64,000 nucleotides of DNA from Bispira polyomma (taxonomy: Eukaryota), in NCBI GenBank assembly GCA_965649765.1, contig OZ287755.1, forward strand, positions 62,558,001 through 62,622,000, given 5' to 3'. This document shows, one piece after another, positions 13,575-25,333 of the stretch; the stretch's first letter is position 1; every line of letters starts with the position of its first letter. The position numbers and the translations under genes were made by a program. Under the pieces are notes generated by a model. That model made no database searches, had not been told where the DNA came from, and worked only from the letters and a program-made list of their open reading frames with translations.

Positions 13575-14721
13575 CTACAAAGGAATGAGAGAGATGTAAG
13601 TGTTATATATATTCCAGATTAAGTGGGCGCCTGTTTCACACAAAGCCGAACAATCTGTCCCTATTTAGCCAGATGTGTTGCTTATGGTAGCCGTTCTGTC
13701 CGTTTTCGTGATTTCCTCGTCAAAAAAAAAAGCAAGGCATCTCGCTACATAGGGATCGATTATTCAGTCTACACAAAGCCCTACTTAATGTACTCAGAAG
13801 GATGCTAGAAATCCGAGTATCCTACTATATTTAGTATCATATACTGAAATTGTTACCATGGTAAATAGTATACCCACTATAAGCTATAATAATAATGACT
13901 GTATCATCTATGAAATGTAGTAGATGCTTATTCCTTAGTACTAGGTACTCTGTGAAACAGTCCAACAAACCATTTCTGTAGCTCTAATAGAAGTAGGACT
14001 TATAGTAGAATCAATTGTCCAGGAGTACTTTGTAAAACTGTGGTCTCGATACAAACTCTGCTCAATAAAATTAAAGTTAGTCTATATGCAACGTATGTGG
14101 CAGCACGGCTGGTATGCTTCCTAAGGGAGCTGAGACTGAACAATTGGTTGACAAGTGGAAGAACCTAGGCTAGGGTAATAATCTTAAAACGCATTAGATA
14201 CCAGTGATGTTCATAACTGGGCTATATCAAATGATAATTAATATTATTATAATACCAGTCCCTGGTCATAAATCCATTGTGTTTTTGAAGTATCATATCA
14301 TGGAAATGATGATTAATGACAACTATATATTTTCAATTTGTCCTCATACACAATGTGACAATGACCATAATGTACTAATACAGAGAATATGGCGACCTTG
14401 ATGATAAAGCCTTGTAAAATATATACATCTACACACACGAGCCAATTCTTTTTAAATGAACAATTAAATAATTTTGACTATTTTGGCTTATGACCTTGGA
14501 TAGTTATCATTTATTCCTAATGACAATTCTTCATTTTTACATTATTTCTTTCAACCTAAAAACCCCGACTGTGATCATTAATTCTAAATTTTTTTCTGGA
14601 AAAACTCAGAAGTAAATTACTGACATTATTTTTTTAGCTATAAGTTCCACTTATCTACCCAGTATATATAATATATTGAATATTTTGTGGTAATATGTGT
14701 ACAGACAAACCATATACATAC

Positions 14722-14934
14722 CAATATGTGCCCTCCTACACATTTTACAACATGACTGCCCGGCTTTGCCCAACTCATCACAGAAGTTTGGATAACGAGA
14801 GATCAGGTCAAAACAGGAAGTGAATTTTAGCTTTGTCTCCTCGGCATCCAGAGCATTGAGTCCGTTAGGGTAGACGTAGTATGGATAGACAGAAGAGAGG
14901 AGGTCTCGACAGCTACAGCGCTCTGGGGTTAATA
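14722..14934 (-). CDS. Exon E20: gamma module
   Basis: ctttcag|TA ... ATT G|gtatgt. Encodes CSCRDLLSSVYPYYV...SCFDLISRYPNFCDELGKAGQSCCKMC. Confidence 0.9.
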
Positions 14935-16030
14935 CTGAAAGTATAGAAATGGAAGGGTAATTGGTATTGATGTATCTACCTTCATACGGCACTTAGAGCA
15001 CCATTTAACCATTTCCTGGATGTAACAGTCAACTGAATGCATATATCTACCCTTATCTGGTATTCAGTGTGCTAATTAACCCTTACCTGACTGTAACAGT
15101 CAACTGAATGCATATATCTACCTTTATCTGGTATTCAGTGTGCTAATTAACCCTTACCTGACTGTAATAGTCAACTGCATCAGTTACTGTCATTCCCCTA
15201 ACTGGAGAGAGAGGCTTGAGGATGACCATTTATCAACGTACCCAAGGATCTTTAGGTTGGCCACTGAGGATAGAATCCAGTGAAAGAGGACCATTGCCAT
15301 TTTAAGTGGTCATCCGAACCACTAGGCAAACGCGTGTTCACATCTTGCCCAAAGAGGGATGTTATCCCACCAAATGTAACTAGTGGCCGATACTGGGAGT
15401 CAAACCCGGGTTGATATATAATAACCAACCAACCAACAGATCTAGGCACAAACATTAGTGAAGCTAATTAAAGCTGTGAAGTCTAATATGACAAGCTTGT
15501 GTCGCCAATTCTGATTGGTTCACAAATATGATAAAATTTAGGACTACAACACAGGCAAGAGAAAGACCGCTTCCTCCATAATGGTTCTTACGTCTAGTTT
15601 AGTATAGCTCCGCATGACAAACCAGGGAACACAGACTTAGGGACACAGACATAGGGACACAGACGCGAAGCCTTAATCTTTCTACAACTCCAAGAGTGGT
15701 AAAATAATTCCTTGATCTGGAATAAGCGATAGGAAGACCATGTAAGGTGGGATAAGCTTTTTGATACAGATAGGTCTTGAAATTGCTTCTGAAGGTTGAA
15801 AGAGAAAGTAAGAATCTAATATCTTGTATTAGTGTATTTTCATAACGTAGCTGCAGCGTATGAGAAACTATGATTGAAATAGACTTTTGATTTGTTGGTG
15901 CGGTGGTCACAGGTGGGAATATTAAGGAACAAAATTGTGGGATTGACTTGCTAAGAGAGTAAGGGGTGAGAGATGGGTTATTTTGGGAGGCCTGTATTGA
16001 GAGTTATGAAGATGTGATTTACTGACTTAC

Positions 16031-16168
16031 CGACTCCTGCACAGGAAGCACAGCACTCTTTCTTCACCTCTTGACAGTGACACGGATCTCTGGCCACAAA
16101 GTCCTGACAGGTGATTCCTGGTCCTTTAGACTGCATGGTTCCTAGTTCTCTGTCTACACAGGCGCCGG
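16031..16168 (-). CDS. Exon E19: beta module, paralog of E6 (absent from the ORF track)
   Basis: gtattacag|CC ... GTC G|gtaagt. Encodes GACVDRELGTMQSKGPGITCQDFVARDPCHCQEVKKECCASCAGV. Confidence 0.9.
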
Positions 16169-16735
16169 CTGTAATACATTAAACCAGGTACAGTAGTGAA
16201 CACAAAGTATTGACAGGTGATTCCTGGTCCTTTAGACTGCATGGTTCCTAGTTCTCTGTCTACACAGGCGCCGGCTGTAATACATTAAACCAGGTACAGT
16301 AGTGAACACAAAGTATTGGCAGGTGATTCCTGGTCCTTTTGACTGCATGGTTCCTAGTTCTCTGTCTACACAGGCGCCGGCTGTAATACATTAAACCAGG
16401 TACAAAGTCTTGAAAGGTGATTCCTGGTCCTTAGACTGCATGGTTCCTAGTTCTCTATCTACACAGGCGCCGGCTGTAATACATTAAACCAGGTACAGTA
16501 GTGAACGCAAAGTATTGGCAGGTGATTCCTGGTCCTTTTGAGTGCATGGTTCTCAGTTCTCTGTCTACACAGACGCCGGCTGTAATACATTAAACCAGGT
16601 ACAAAGTCCTGAAAGGTGATTCCTGGTCCTTAGACTGCATGGTTCCTAGTTCTCTATCTACACAGGTGCCGACCGTAATACATTAAACTAAGTAGGGTAG
16701 TAACCACAAAATCCTGACAGGTGATCCCTAGTCCT
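16105..16735. repeat. 106/93-bp tandem array (6 units) of the E19 acceptor and the 5' half of the exon
   Basis: The unit AGGTGATTCCTGGTCCTTTAGACTGCATGG...GGCGCCGGCTGTAATACATTAAACCAGGTAC repeats. Acceptor-equivalent positions are 16170, 16276, 16382, 16475, 16581 and 16674. Confidence 0.92.
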
Positions 16736-16737
16736 TT

Positions 16738-16930
16738 TTGGTTTCAGGAAAAAGCTCAAAACTTATCTTTCTAATCTTACCTACCCACCTTAGTTTCCCT
16801 CCTGTACACCCCTACATCTTTCCTTACGACCTTGCTATGCCCATGGACTTTATGATTGGATCACTGATTCTGCTGTTGCACTTTAGAAGATGCCTAGTAT
16901 CATTAAAACGTTTTAAAAATGTATAATAAT
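16738..16930 (+). mobile_element. L2 3' tail, antisense to the host gene, abutting the E18 donor
   Basis: Same tail sequence as 24812-25030 but on the + strand. Confidence 0.8.
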
Positions 16931-16936
16931 ACAAAC

Positions 16937-17149
16937 CTCCTGATCCTCTGTTATCTTCCTCTTCCACCACCACCACTGTCTCGCGGTCTCCTTTACTACC
17001 TCCATAGTCGTAGTCGTAATACTCTACCAAGCTAGGGCCTCCTGGGCCTTTAGTGTCCACCACTTCTCCATACACCACCTCCTCCTCCCCACCGCCAGGG
17101 TTGATCACACCAATCACCTCGTCCTCTGTCCCACTCACCTCTTCAGGAC
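16937..17149 (-). CDS. Exon E18: Glu/Val/Gly-rich acidic linker with YYDYDY
   Basis: cctaaag|GT CCT ... GGA G|gtttgt. 213 nt, phase 1-1. Confidence 0.82.
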
Positions 17150-17478
17150 CTTTAGGTAATACACAGTACAAGGTGAAGGTCATAACATTTGTAAACCTGT
17201 ATCTGATAGGCTAAAAACCACCTCTTCAGGACATTTAGGTAATGCACAGTACAAGGTGAAGGTCCTAACATTTGTAAACCAGTATCTGATAGGCTAAAAA
17301 CCACCTCTTCAAGACATTTAGGTAATATACACAGTAAAAGTCAAGGTCATAACATTTTGTAACCCAGTATCTGATTGTTTAAAAACCACTATTGCAGGAC
17401 ATTTAGTAATATACACAGTAGAAGTCAAGTTCATAAAATTTGTAAACATGTATCCGATTGGTAAAAAACCACTACTTG
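17136..17478. repeat. ~83-bp tandem array (4 units) spanning the E18 acceptor
   Basis: CACCTCTTCAGGAC(C/A)TTTAGGTAATACACAGTACAAGGTGAAGGTC...CTGATAGGCTAAAA recurs four times. Confidence 0.88.
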
Positions 17479-17654
17479 TTTTTTAATGGAAAAACTTATA
17501 TTCTCTGGGCTGGTATTCACAAAGATTCATTAAGTTAGTCTTATATTTTTGTCTTAAGCAATTTGACTAGCTGACAATATTTTTTCGAAGAATCTGATTG
17601 GCTAAGACTTAGAACATTGTAAGAATTGTCTTACAGTATACTCTCTGTAAGTTG

Positions 17655-17808
17655 AATGACCAATATCCACAGTATTTGGTTTTACTTAACTTACAAGATC
17701 AATATCCACAGGATTTGGTTTTACTTAACTTACAAGACCAATATCCACAGGATTTGGTTTTACTTAACTTACAAGACCAATATCCACATGATTTGGTTCT
17801 ACTTATGG
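17655..17808. repeat. 39-bp minisatellite, ~4 copies
   Basis: GACCAATATCCACAGGATTTGGTTTTACTTAACTTACAA repeats; this explains ORFs 17652 and 17656. Confidence 0.9.
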
Positions 17809-18457
17809 TTGAAATATTTACAACTAGTATTTTTGACTGTTGGGACCAGGGTTCAGATATTCGGAAAGATTCTTATTCATCAAATTTTTGTCTCGATCAA
17901 TTTGATTGGCTGGGAATATTGTATCAAAGAATCTTATTGGCTGAGACTGAGAAATTTCTAAGAATTTTATTATAAGAAAGTTTGGTTTCATTATACAGAA
18001 GTTTCTGCTTCTTGCCAATAACCTAGGGGTCGAAAAGGGTGACATTTATGTCTAAAATATTGAAAGTAGTTCTCCTGACTATCACAGCATAAGGGTTTAG
18101 AGTTGTATGTATTCATACGCCAAATCCTATATGGCAGCAGCCTGTCAATTGTATTCCAGAAAAATTTAAAAATTACTTTATTAAATTAAATGTTGGATAA
18201 TAGAGGTTCCACAGTATTTGTAAGCCTTTTGTGTCTGACCATGTCTAATCCTTTCGACCCCAAGAGAAAACTATCACCGGGTACTGAAAGAAAATTTGTC
18301 GGCAATACATTACAGTTAACTGATGAACAAAAGATCCATTATATTTTCAACATTATGATGGTCTGATGGTGAATATTGCCTTGGCATGTTGGTTTGAATA
18401 CTATTATACTATGCATTAAGAGCATTATTTTTTACAAACTGAGAATTTCATACATAC

Positions 18458-18606
18458 CTAGGTTGACATATTCTTCCTCCCACTCCACCACTTTTGGCTG
18501 GTCAGGATTCACTTCATACCCCATCTCCACTGGTCCATGCTCGTTTACAAAGGTCACTTTTCTGTGGATCATGTCATCCGCACCATGATTCTTTGTGTAC
18601 TCAAAG
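18458..18606 (-). CDS. Exon E17: acidic linker
   Basis: tcttgcag|C TTT ... CTA G|gtatgt. Encodes FEYTKNHGADD...VVEWEEEYVNL. Confidence 0.8.
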
Positions 18607-18715
18607 CTGCAAGATAGTTTTTTGTCAAATAGAAATGAAGCTGCATATGCTTGAGAATGCTGCACAAAGTCTTCTGAACAAAGTACAAGACCACAAGACA
18701 CACACATTAATAGTT

Positions 18716-19205
18716 ATATTATTATTATTATGAATTTTTAACGTGCTTTATTGATGCTAAGCATCTTCTAAAGAGCAACAGCAGAATCAAAAATCCAATT
18801 GTAAAGTCCATGAGCATAGCAAAGTCATGAAGAAAGAGATGGGAGCATGTACAGGGGGAAGTTAAGGTGGGCAGGCATGGTTAAAAAGATAGGTTTTAAG
18901 ATTTTCCTAAAACCAATGAGTGTATCAACTGATCTGAGGTCAACTGGGAGTTTGTTCCATAACAAAGGAGCTACAATGGAGAATGCTCTGGATCCCGCCT
19001 TCCTGATGGGTCTGACCGAAGAAATAGAGAGTCTGTTGCCTCTCTTATGGTTACTGAAGGAGACAAGGGAAGCAAGGTAGAAGGGCTGTTGAGTGACTAG
19101 AGCCTTAAAAGTGGTAACGTGAATCTTGAACAAACTACGAGAGTGAATGGGCAGCCAGAGTAATTTTTTGAGATAAGGAGTGTCGTCTGTGCGACAACCC
19201 AGGTG
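18716..19205 (-). mobile_element. L2 LINE 3' fragment
   Basis: TPYLKKLLWLPI...AFSIVAPLLWNKLPVDLR...GFRKILK, followed by the shared 3' tail and (TAA)n. Confidence 0.85.
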
Positions 19206-19329
19206 AAACAAAACCTGCACAGTTAGTTTTGGATGGACTGGAGCTTTTTGATGGATATGGAGTGTAATATTATAAAAAAAGTTACTTCGGCTGTGATTCA
19301 ATCTGTGGATCTTGATTGTTAATGTTAAT

Positions 19330-20310
19330 GTTAATTTTTATGTTTTTACTTCTATAGCGCCACAATCGATGACCAGACATCCTCTGTGGCCCATAGCCTA
19401 GTAAGTGTGCAAGAGCATAGTCCGGTAGATGGAAAAAAGTTCGTAATCAAAGATTCAGTCATGACCATCAGATGCATGCTAGGGTGGGAAAGCGAGCTGA
19501 TACAGGTGTGTTTTGAGCCTTTTTCTGAAACCAATGATGCTTGTCTCAGTCCGAAGACTGGTAGGGAGGCTATTCCATTCAGCAGGTGCTGTAACTAAGA
19601 ATGATTTTGAACCAGCTTGTTGTTTTGGTAAGAAACCAGAGGTAGAGAGACGATTACCTCTGTTGGGATTGCTAAGAGACAGCATAGAAGATAAATAGGC
19701 AGGTTGATGTACATGAACTGTCTTAAAAATGAGGACAATTACCTTAAATTTAATACAAAACTCAATAGGTAACCAATGTAATTGTTTCAGCAGGGGAGTA
19801 GTGTGAGTGCGAGGGCCAGTATTGCTTACTATTCTGCACAGGGTATTTTGTATTTTCTTGAGTTACAGTGATCTAGTCGACTAGATACCATGGTATTTGC
19901 CACTGCAATGGCATATTCTTGGGTTAAATGTCGTCGAATTCTGCGAAAGTCACGGATGTTGCCGTAGCAGGAACGACAAATATTCGAAACACGTTTTTTG
20001 AAGGAGAAGTCAGAGTCAAAAGTAACTCCTAGGTTCTTCGCACTGTCAGCAGGAACAGTGCTGTTACCAAGAATGGTAGCAGAGAAGAAGTCAAGAACCT
20101 TTTCCCTCTGATGTCTTGAGCCAATGAATAGGAATTCTGTTTTGTCAGGGTTGAGTTTCAATTTTGAATTACTCATCCAAGATTCAATCGAAGACAGGCA
20201 GCTAGCAAGCTGTTCCAGGATCTGAGAACAATTTTTGGGAGTGAGGGAGCAGTAGATCTGTGTGTCATCTACATAGAAGTGATAGCTCATATTGTGGTGT
20301 GAGGATATTA
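19330..20310 (-). mobile_element. 5'-truncated L2/CR1-group LINE fragment (RT C-terminus plus 3' tail)
   Basis: HFYVDDTQIY, SWMSNSKLKLNPDKTEFL, LGVTFDSDFSF, SRLDHCNS, then APAEWNSLPTSLR...FRKRLKTHLY. These are typical L2 ORF2 motifs; the frame is broken. Confidence 0.9.
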
Positions 20311-21078
20311 TACTTGCAAGGCGATTAATAGTCGTACGCTTAACAGTTGAGCTAAAGTGGAGACACCAGAAGCCAGAGTTTTATATGCGCTGATATACAC
20401 TGATACAATTACATGCCACTCCTCCACGAAGACCTGTCCTTAGGTCTTATATTACTACCTTATGACTCTACTAATGCAAATTGCTTGGTTGAGAGGGAGG
20501 GATCTAGAGGCATCTGAACCATGTAATATTATACAGAAACTTGGTTCTGTTGGGATTTGATCCGTGGATCTTGCAATTAATAGTTGCATGCTTTAACAGT
20601 TGAGGTAACGGGGAGACCCTGGAAGCCCGAGTGTTTAATGCGCTGATATACACCAATATTTTAACACATATGCGAATAGTTTTATGTAGTACAAACCGGT
20701 ACTAATAAAAAACACTCAGTCTAGGTATTGTGTACTTATTAAAGTTTTTGTTTATTATTAAAGGTGTAACAATATATTGAAAACTCAATATATCTCTATT
20801 TTTGCAATACGAAATTAGGAAAAGCACTTCTTACATAAAATCTTTAAATGTCTCTTACGTCTTGGTATTCTGGAAATAAAATGTGACAGCATACTTGATA
20901 TTTGCGGGCAACTGAATCAGAAATAAAGCAATATATAATGAACACAATCTACACTAAATAAATGAAATAGTATTCAATTTTTGATAATTTTTAAATTCAA
21001 AATCACTGATTCTGATTTTTACTGGGCAAGGTTTTGCACATGTGCAGAAAATGATTTGATTTTTAAACCAAAACTTAC

Positions 21079-21220
21079 TTGACGGATCCTTGGATTTCCT
21101 TTGCCAGGTTTTCCATAGCAGCATCCAGTACATCTGACTTCATTTCCATCACTGGACCTTTGAACTCGAAGAGGTCAGAGCCGTCCTGACCACCCACTGC
21201 TTGTTTAACGATATTGTGTC
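21079..21220 (-). CDS. Exon E16: linker containing FKGP
   Basis: tttcatag|GA ... GTC AA|gtaagt. The phase-2 end matches E17. Confidence 0.82.
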
Positions 21221-21378
21221 CTATGAAATAGATCACAGGGAAGACTCTAATTGACCTTCCAAGAAGGGGAAACTCACTGAAATTCTTCGGGTACTGGTTA
21301 CATATAGCTGATGTCACTAAAACACACACCACAATATAATATATTACAATATCGAGCCTATAAGTTTCCTTTACTGAC

Positions 21379-21561
21379 CTATGTGAGTTTTCTGCTGTGT
21401 GACTGTATTGACATTCTGTACACGCTTCTGGTTTCTACAGCTAGCACAGCAAGCACCTGCCACGTCCACACACATCTCTGGGTATTTCTTCACTAGCTTA
21501 GGACAGGTGTCCACTCCTAAAGCCTGGGCCACTGCTGTGGGCAGCCGGTCAACACAGGAAT
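21379..21561 (-). CDS. Exon E15: alpha module
   Basis: tatttcag|AT ... ATA G|gtcagt. Encodes SCVDRLPTAVAQALGVDTCPKLVKKYPEMCVDVAGACCASC. Confidence 0.88.
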
Positions 21562-22352
21562 CTGAAATAGTCAGCACTAATTAGATTTAGAGTTAAATAC
21601 AGTCATTCACCGAAAATCAGAAAAACGTGGAATCTGTGAAGAACACCTCTTATTTAACTGACAAACTACCAGCCTTCAGCAAGTCCACTGCCCAACTTTT
21701 CCACATTACATACCGATGTCAAGAAAATCAAAATGCTAGGCTTTGATGAATAGAGGAAAGCAGAACACAACATTTGTGTAGTTGGTCAAGACAAACTGCT
21801 AACTTCCAGACAGCAGCAAGTCTGCTGCCAACTTTCCCACATGGAAGTCATGGCTGAGATTCAAACCGAAGACTGTATAGAGATGGGTAGGCGAGAGTCT
21901 TACCACTCACAGTCATATAGGGTATCTTACAAGGAAAAACAGTTAAATGTGCTCAAAACAATATGCAAAAGACATCTAAAATTAACCAAAACAAAACTAA
22001 ACTTGCAGGATAAATTTGGAATTTAGTTGGGTTTTCTATCGCTTGCTAGAGCTTAGGTAACATCATGATGGTCTGATTCAATAGTGGAATAAATCAATGC
22101 TGAAGTACTCTTAACCATCGACCTAGGTCAAGTACCTGACAAACTTTGTAACATAAAGGAATGAATGGGATTCGAATCCCCACATTCGTGAGGGACCAGT
22201 GATTGTGAAAATGGTACTTCTAACCCCTTGGCCACCACAGCATAGACATGCAGCATAAAGAGTCTCTTGTAGTAATAATAATTTTTATAGTTGCATTTAT
22301 TCTGACTCAACATACTAAGAAAACCACCAGTGTAAATACACTATGTACTCAC

Positions 22353-22409
22353 CTTTTGCATTTTGGGCAGATAATGAACCAGACTTGATTCCGATCATAA
22401 GGTTTCTGT
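22353..22409 (-). CDS. Exon E14: 57-nt symmetric phase-1 linker exon
   Basis: attattctag|AC ... AAA G|gtgagt. Open frame RNLMIGIKSGSLSAQNAK. Supported by splice signals only. Confidence 0.6.
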
Positions 22410-24811
22410 CTAGAATAATTCTTTCATTATGTAAATTTGATTTTTGCTTTCTATTTATAAAATACATTTTGTATTTGTTTATCCTAAAAAATAACTTGCC
22501 CCTTTTTATCATTTATGTCAGGTTTTAAAGTCATTCATGTAAATTCTAAAAAAATATATCTACACAACTTCTTCTATTGTTAAGTTAGGTTATATTATTC
22601 AGATTTTACTCTGTGTGTTTCCGACTCCAGTATATTTTTTACAACTATGACACATAGTAATATCAACAGCTTAATTCTGTCATTTTGTAAAAATGGTACG
22701 GCTGCATATTATGTGCTAAAAGTAAACTACAAAGATTATATTAGTAAATTAGGGGAGGTTATTTTACAAAAATAAAAGACAAAATAAAGACACAACTTAT
22801 GTAGCAGTAGGATGTATATACAATGTTAGAAAATAATAATAAAACTTGTTAATCAAGTTAATTTGTATAAAAAAAAAAAAAAATAAATAACTTCCAAAAA
22901 ATAGTTGTATTTTTCTAAATGCAGACACATTGTGCAAAGAATAACAAAAACAAACAAAAAAATGTTAAATTTAAAAAAAAAATACTTGTTTTTTTTTAAT
23001 ATTCATTTCAGTCATAAATACGTGACCTGAAAAACTACCAAAAAGGTGTTAATAATAGTTAATAATAAAATGTGTTAATAAAGTTAATTTGCATTCAAAA
23101 ACAAAACACAAATATAACATAACAAAAAATAGTAAAGACCAATGGTAACGAAACAACACACTTTTAAATTTAAAAAAACACCCATGTACTTGTTCATTTT
23201 AATTTATTTCATTCATAAATACAAAACTATTTTAAACAAAAACAACTGTAGTTTTGCTGTATAATATTAACACTTAGTGTTTTTAATATAAAAACCTTAA
23301 CAAATTTTTTTTTAAACAACAAATAAAAGATAAACAAAAATAAAGCAAACAACAAACAAATTATCACATAATAAATATCACATGGATAAACAAAGGCATT
23401 CAATTAAAAGAATCTGTTTTTAAAAGAAACCCATGTTTATATAATAATACACTTTTATAATTGGTGAGGTTACTACATGTACAACAATTTGATAGCTGTA
23501 TATATATCTATGGAAATTTAATAAGCAATAAAGTAACAGATGTGGTATAATGCTTTCAATTGAAAGAAAATATCAGAAATATTTATTACTAATTTAAATT
23601 TATGAACCAATTACTAATTTAGTTATAATAAAAATTAACTTAGAAAGTACTTTGGATTAATTTTTTTCAGGGGAATTAAAATGAGTTAATAAAATCCAAT
23701 GTTTGGTTAAAAGAAGTTCAGAATATACAACTTTAACTGTGTATTGTTAAATATATATATTATATTAAATATATGTATTAAATCATAGCATGACTAAAAA
23801 GCAATTGTATGGCCTCTAATTTTAAAATACTTTTTAAGACATACTGGCATGTTGAGTTATATCTATACAAAAGACTAGAATATTTAACCCTGCTCAACAG
23901 GATTTCGAGATTTCAAGGTTTCTAATTATAAGGCCACACACAGTTTTAGAGAAACTGTTTGGCTGTTTTTACTATTGAAATGGTTTGAACAACTTTGAAG
24001 CACTTACGAACAAGGAAGGATATTTCTACAGGACATCAACAATGGAACCTCTATTATACAAACATGTTGAGAGAGAAAAAATATTGTTTGAATAAAAGAA
24101 GATTCATCAAATAGAAGAGTAATTTTAGTACGAAACAAATTTTAGGAGAATCCATTTGAGTTCGTAACATCTACCTATTTGGATAATAGAGGTCCTACTT
24201 TCGTTCTGATTGAACTTTTCACATTACTCCAAGCGTGCTGTTTTCTGTGTTATTTCTAAAGCTGTTGATGTACTCGGCGGTCTTTACAAAAGCTGTTAAG
24301 TCTTAACCTAGTCTTAAGCTTGACATTTATGTCTAGAAAGATTAAGACTGTGGTTAGTCTTAGAATATAGTGCAAGGTTAACTCTACGCATAGATATTTT
24401 TCTTACTGTCACTGGGACTTAAAAAGACAAAGATATTAACCTTTTTGGCCAAAATCAAAGATCAAACTTGTTTGGGTGGAAAAGCGAGTTGATACAAATG
24501 TGTTTGAGCTTTTCCTTAAGGCCTATTGTGAATATTAATATTGTTATATGTTATCCTCTAGCTTCTTGCGCTATAAAGAAGTCCGTTAAAGAATTATAAA
24601 AACAGATGTAAACTTCTGATTATTTATCTCGGGGCGGTGAATTAGCTTTTGGAAAGCATTTGAGATTATTCAGTAATCATTCCTCTTCAATGTCAACGTA
24701 TATTCACAAAAGTTATAAGTGTTTACTACTGTTATGAATTCTAGTTGCAACCCTTATCATTTCTTCTTGTTTGAACATTAAATAGTTTATAATTAACCAA
24801 CTCGCCGTAAA

Positions 24812-25030
24812 TTATTATTATTATGCATTTTTAATGAACTTTATTGATGCTAGGCATCTTCTAAAGTGCAACAGCAGAATCAGTGATCCCATCATGAAGT
24901 CCATGGGCATAGCAAAGTCGTAAGCAAAGATATGGGAGTATACAGGAGGGAAACTAAGGTTAAAAAGATAGGTTTTGAGCTTTTTCTTAAAACCAATAAG
25001 TGTACCTACTGATCTGAGGTCAAATACTGA
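24812..25030 (-). mobile_element. L2 3' tail (same family as 16740-16930, 18716-18900 and 56195-56300)
   Basis: Shared TACGACTTTGCTATGCCCATGGACTT...CTGATTCTGCTGTTGCACTTTAGAAGATGCCTAG plus (TAA)n; encodes GFKKKLKTYLF. Confidence 0.82.
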
Positions 25031-25046
25031 GCTAAGTCCGCTCACA

Positions 25047-25333
25047 TTACACCAAGCTGTTAATTACTGTGTTATTTCCATAACTACTGATGTACTGTTG
25101 TCTCTTTTTAATGAATTCCTGGCATGACTGACAACAAACTCCACCCAATGAGCCCACCCCTCCAGTACAAAGTCTAGGGAACCTGCTCAGTAAGTGTGAA
25201 CAGGAAGCCATCAACTGGGCATACTGGGTATTCAGAGGAGACTCAGTGGTCATGTGACTAGTCACATGACTTAATGACGACATCATTGGTTCTTCTGGAG
25301 ATAAACTGTCTTGGCAGTCACACTTGGTCAAAT
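25047..25333 (-). CDS. Exon E13: gamma module, runs into a TAA stop
   Basis: ttttcttag|AT. Encodes LTKCDCQDSLS...ASCSHLLSRFPRLC...VCCQSC...NSLV*. 3' boundary uncertain. Confidence 0.82.
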
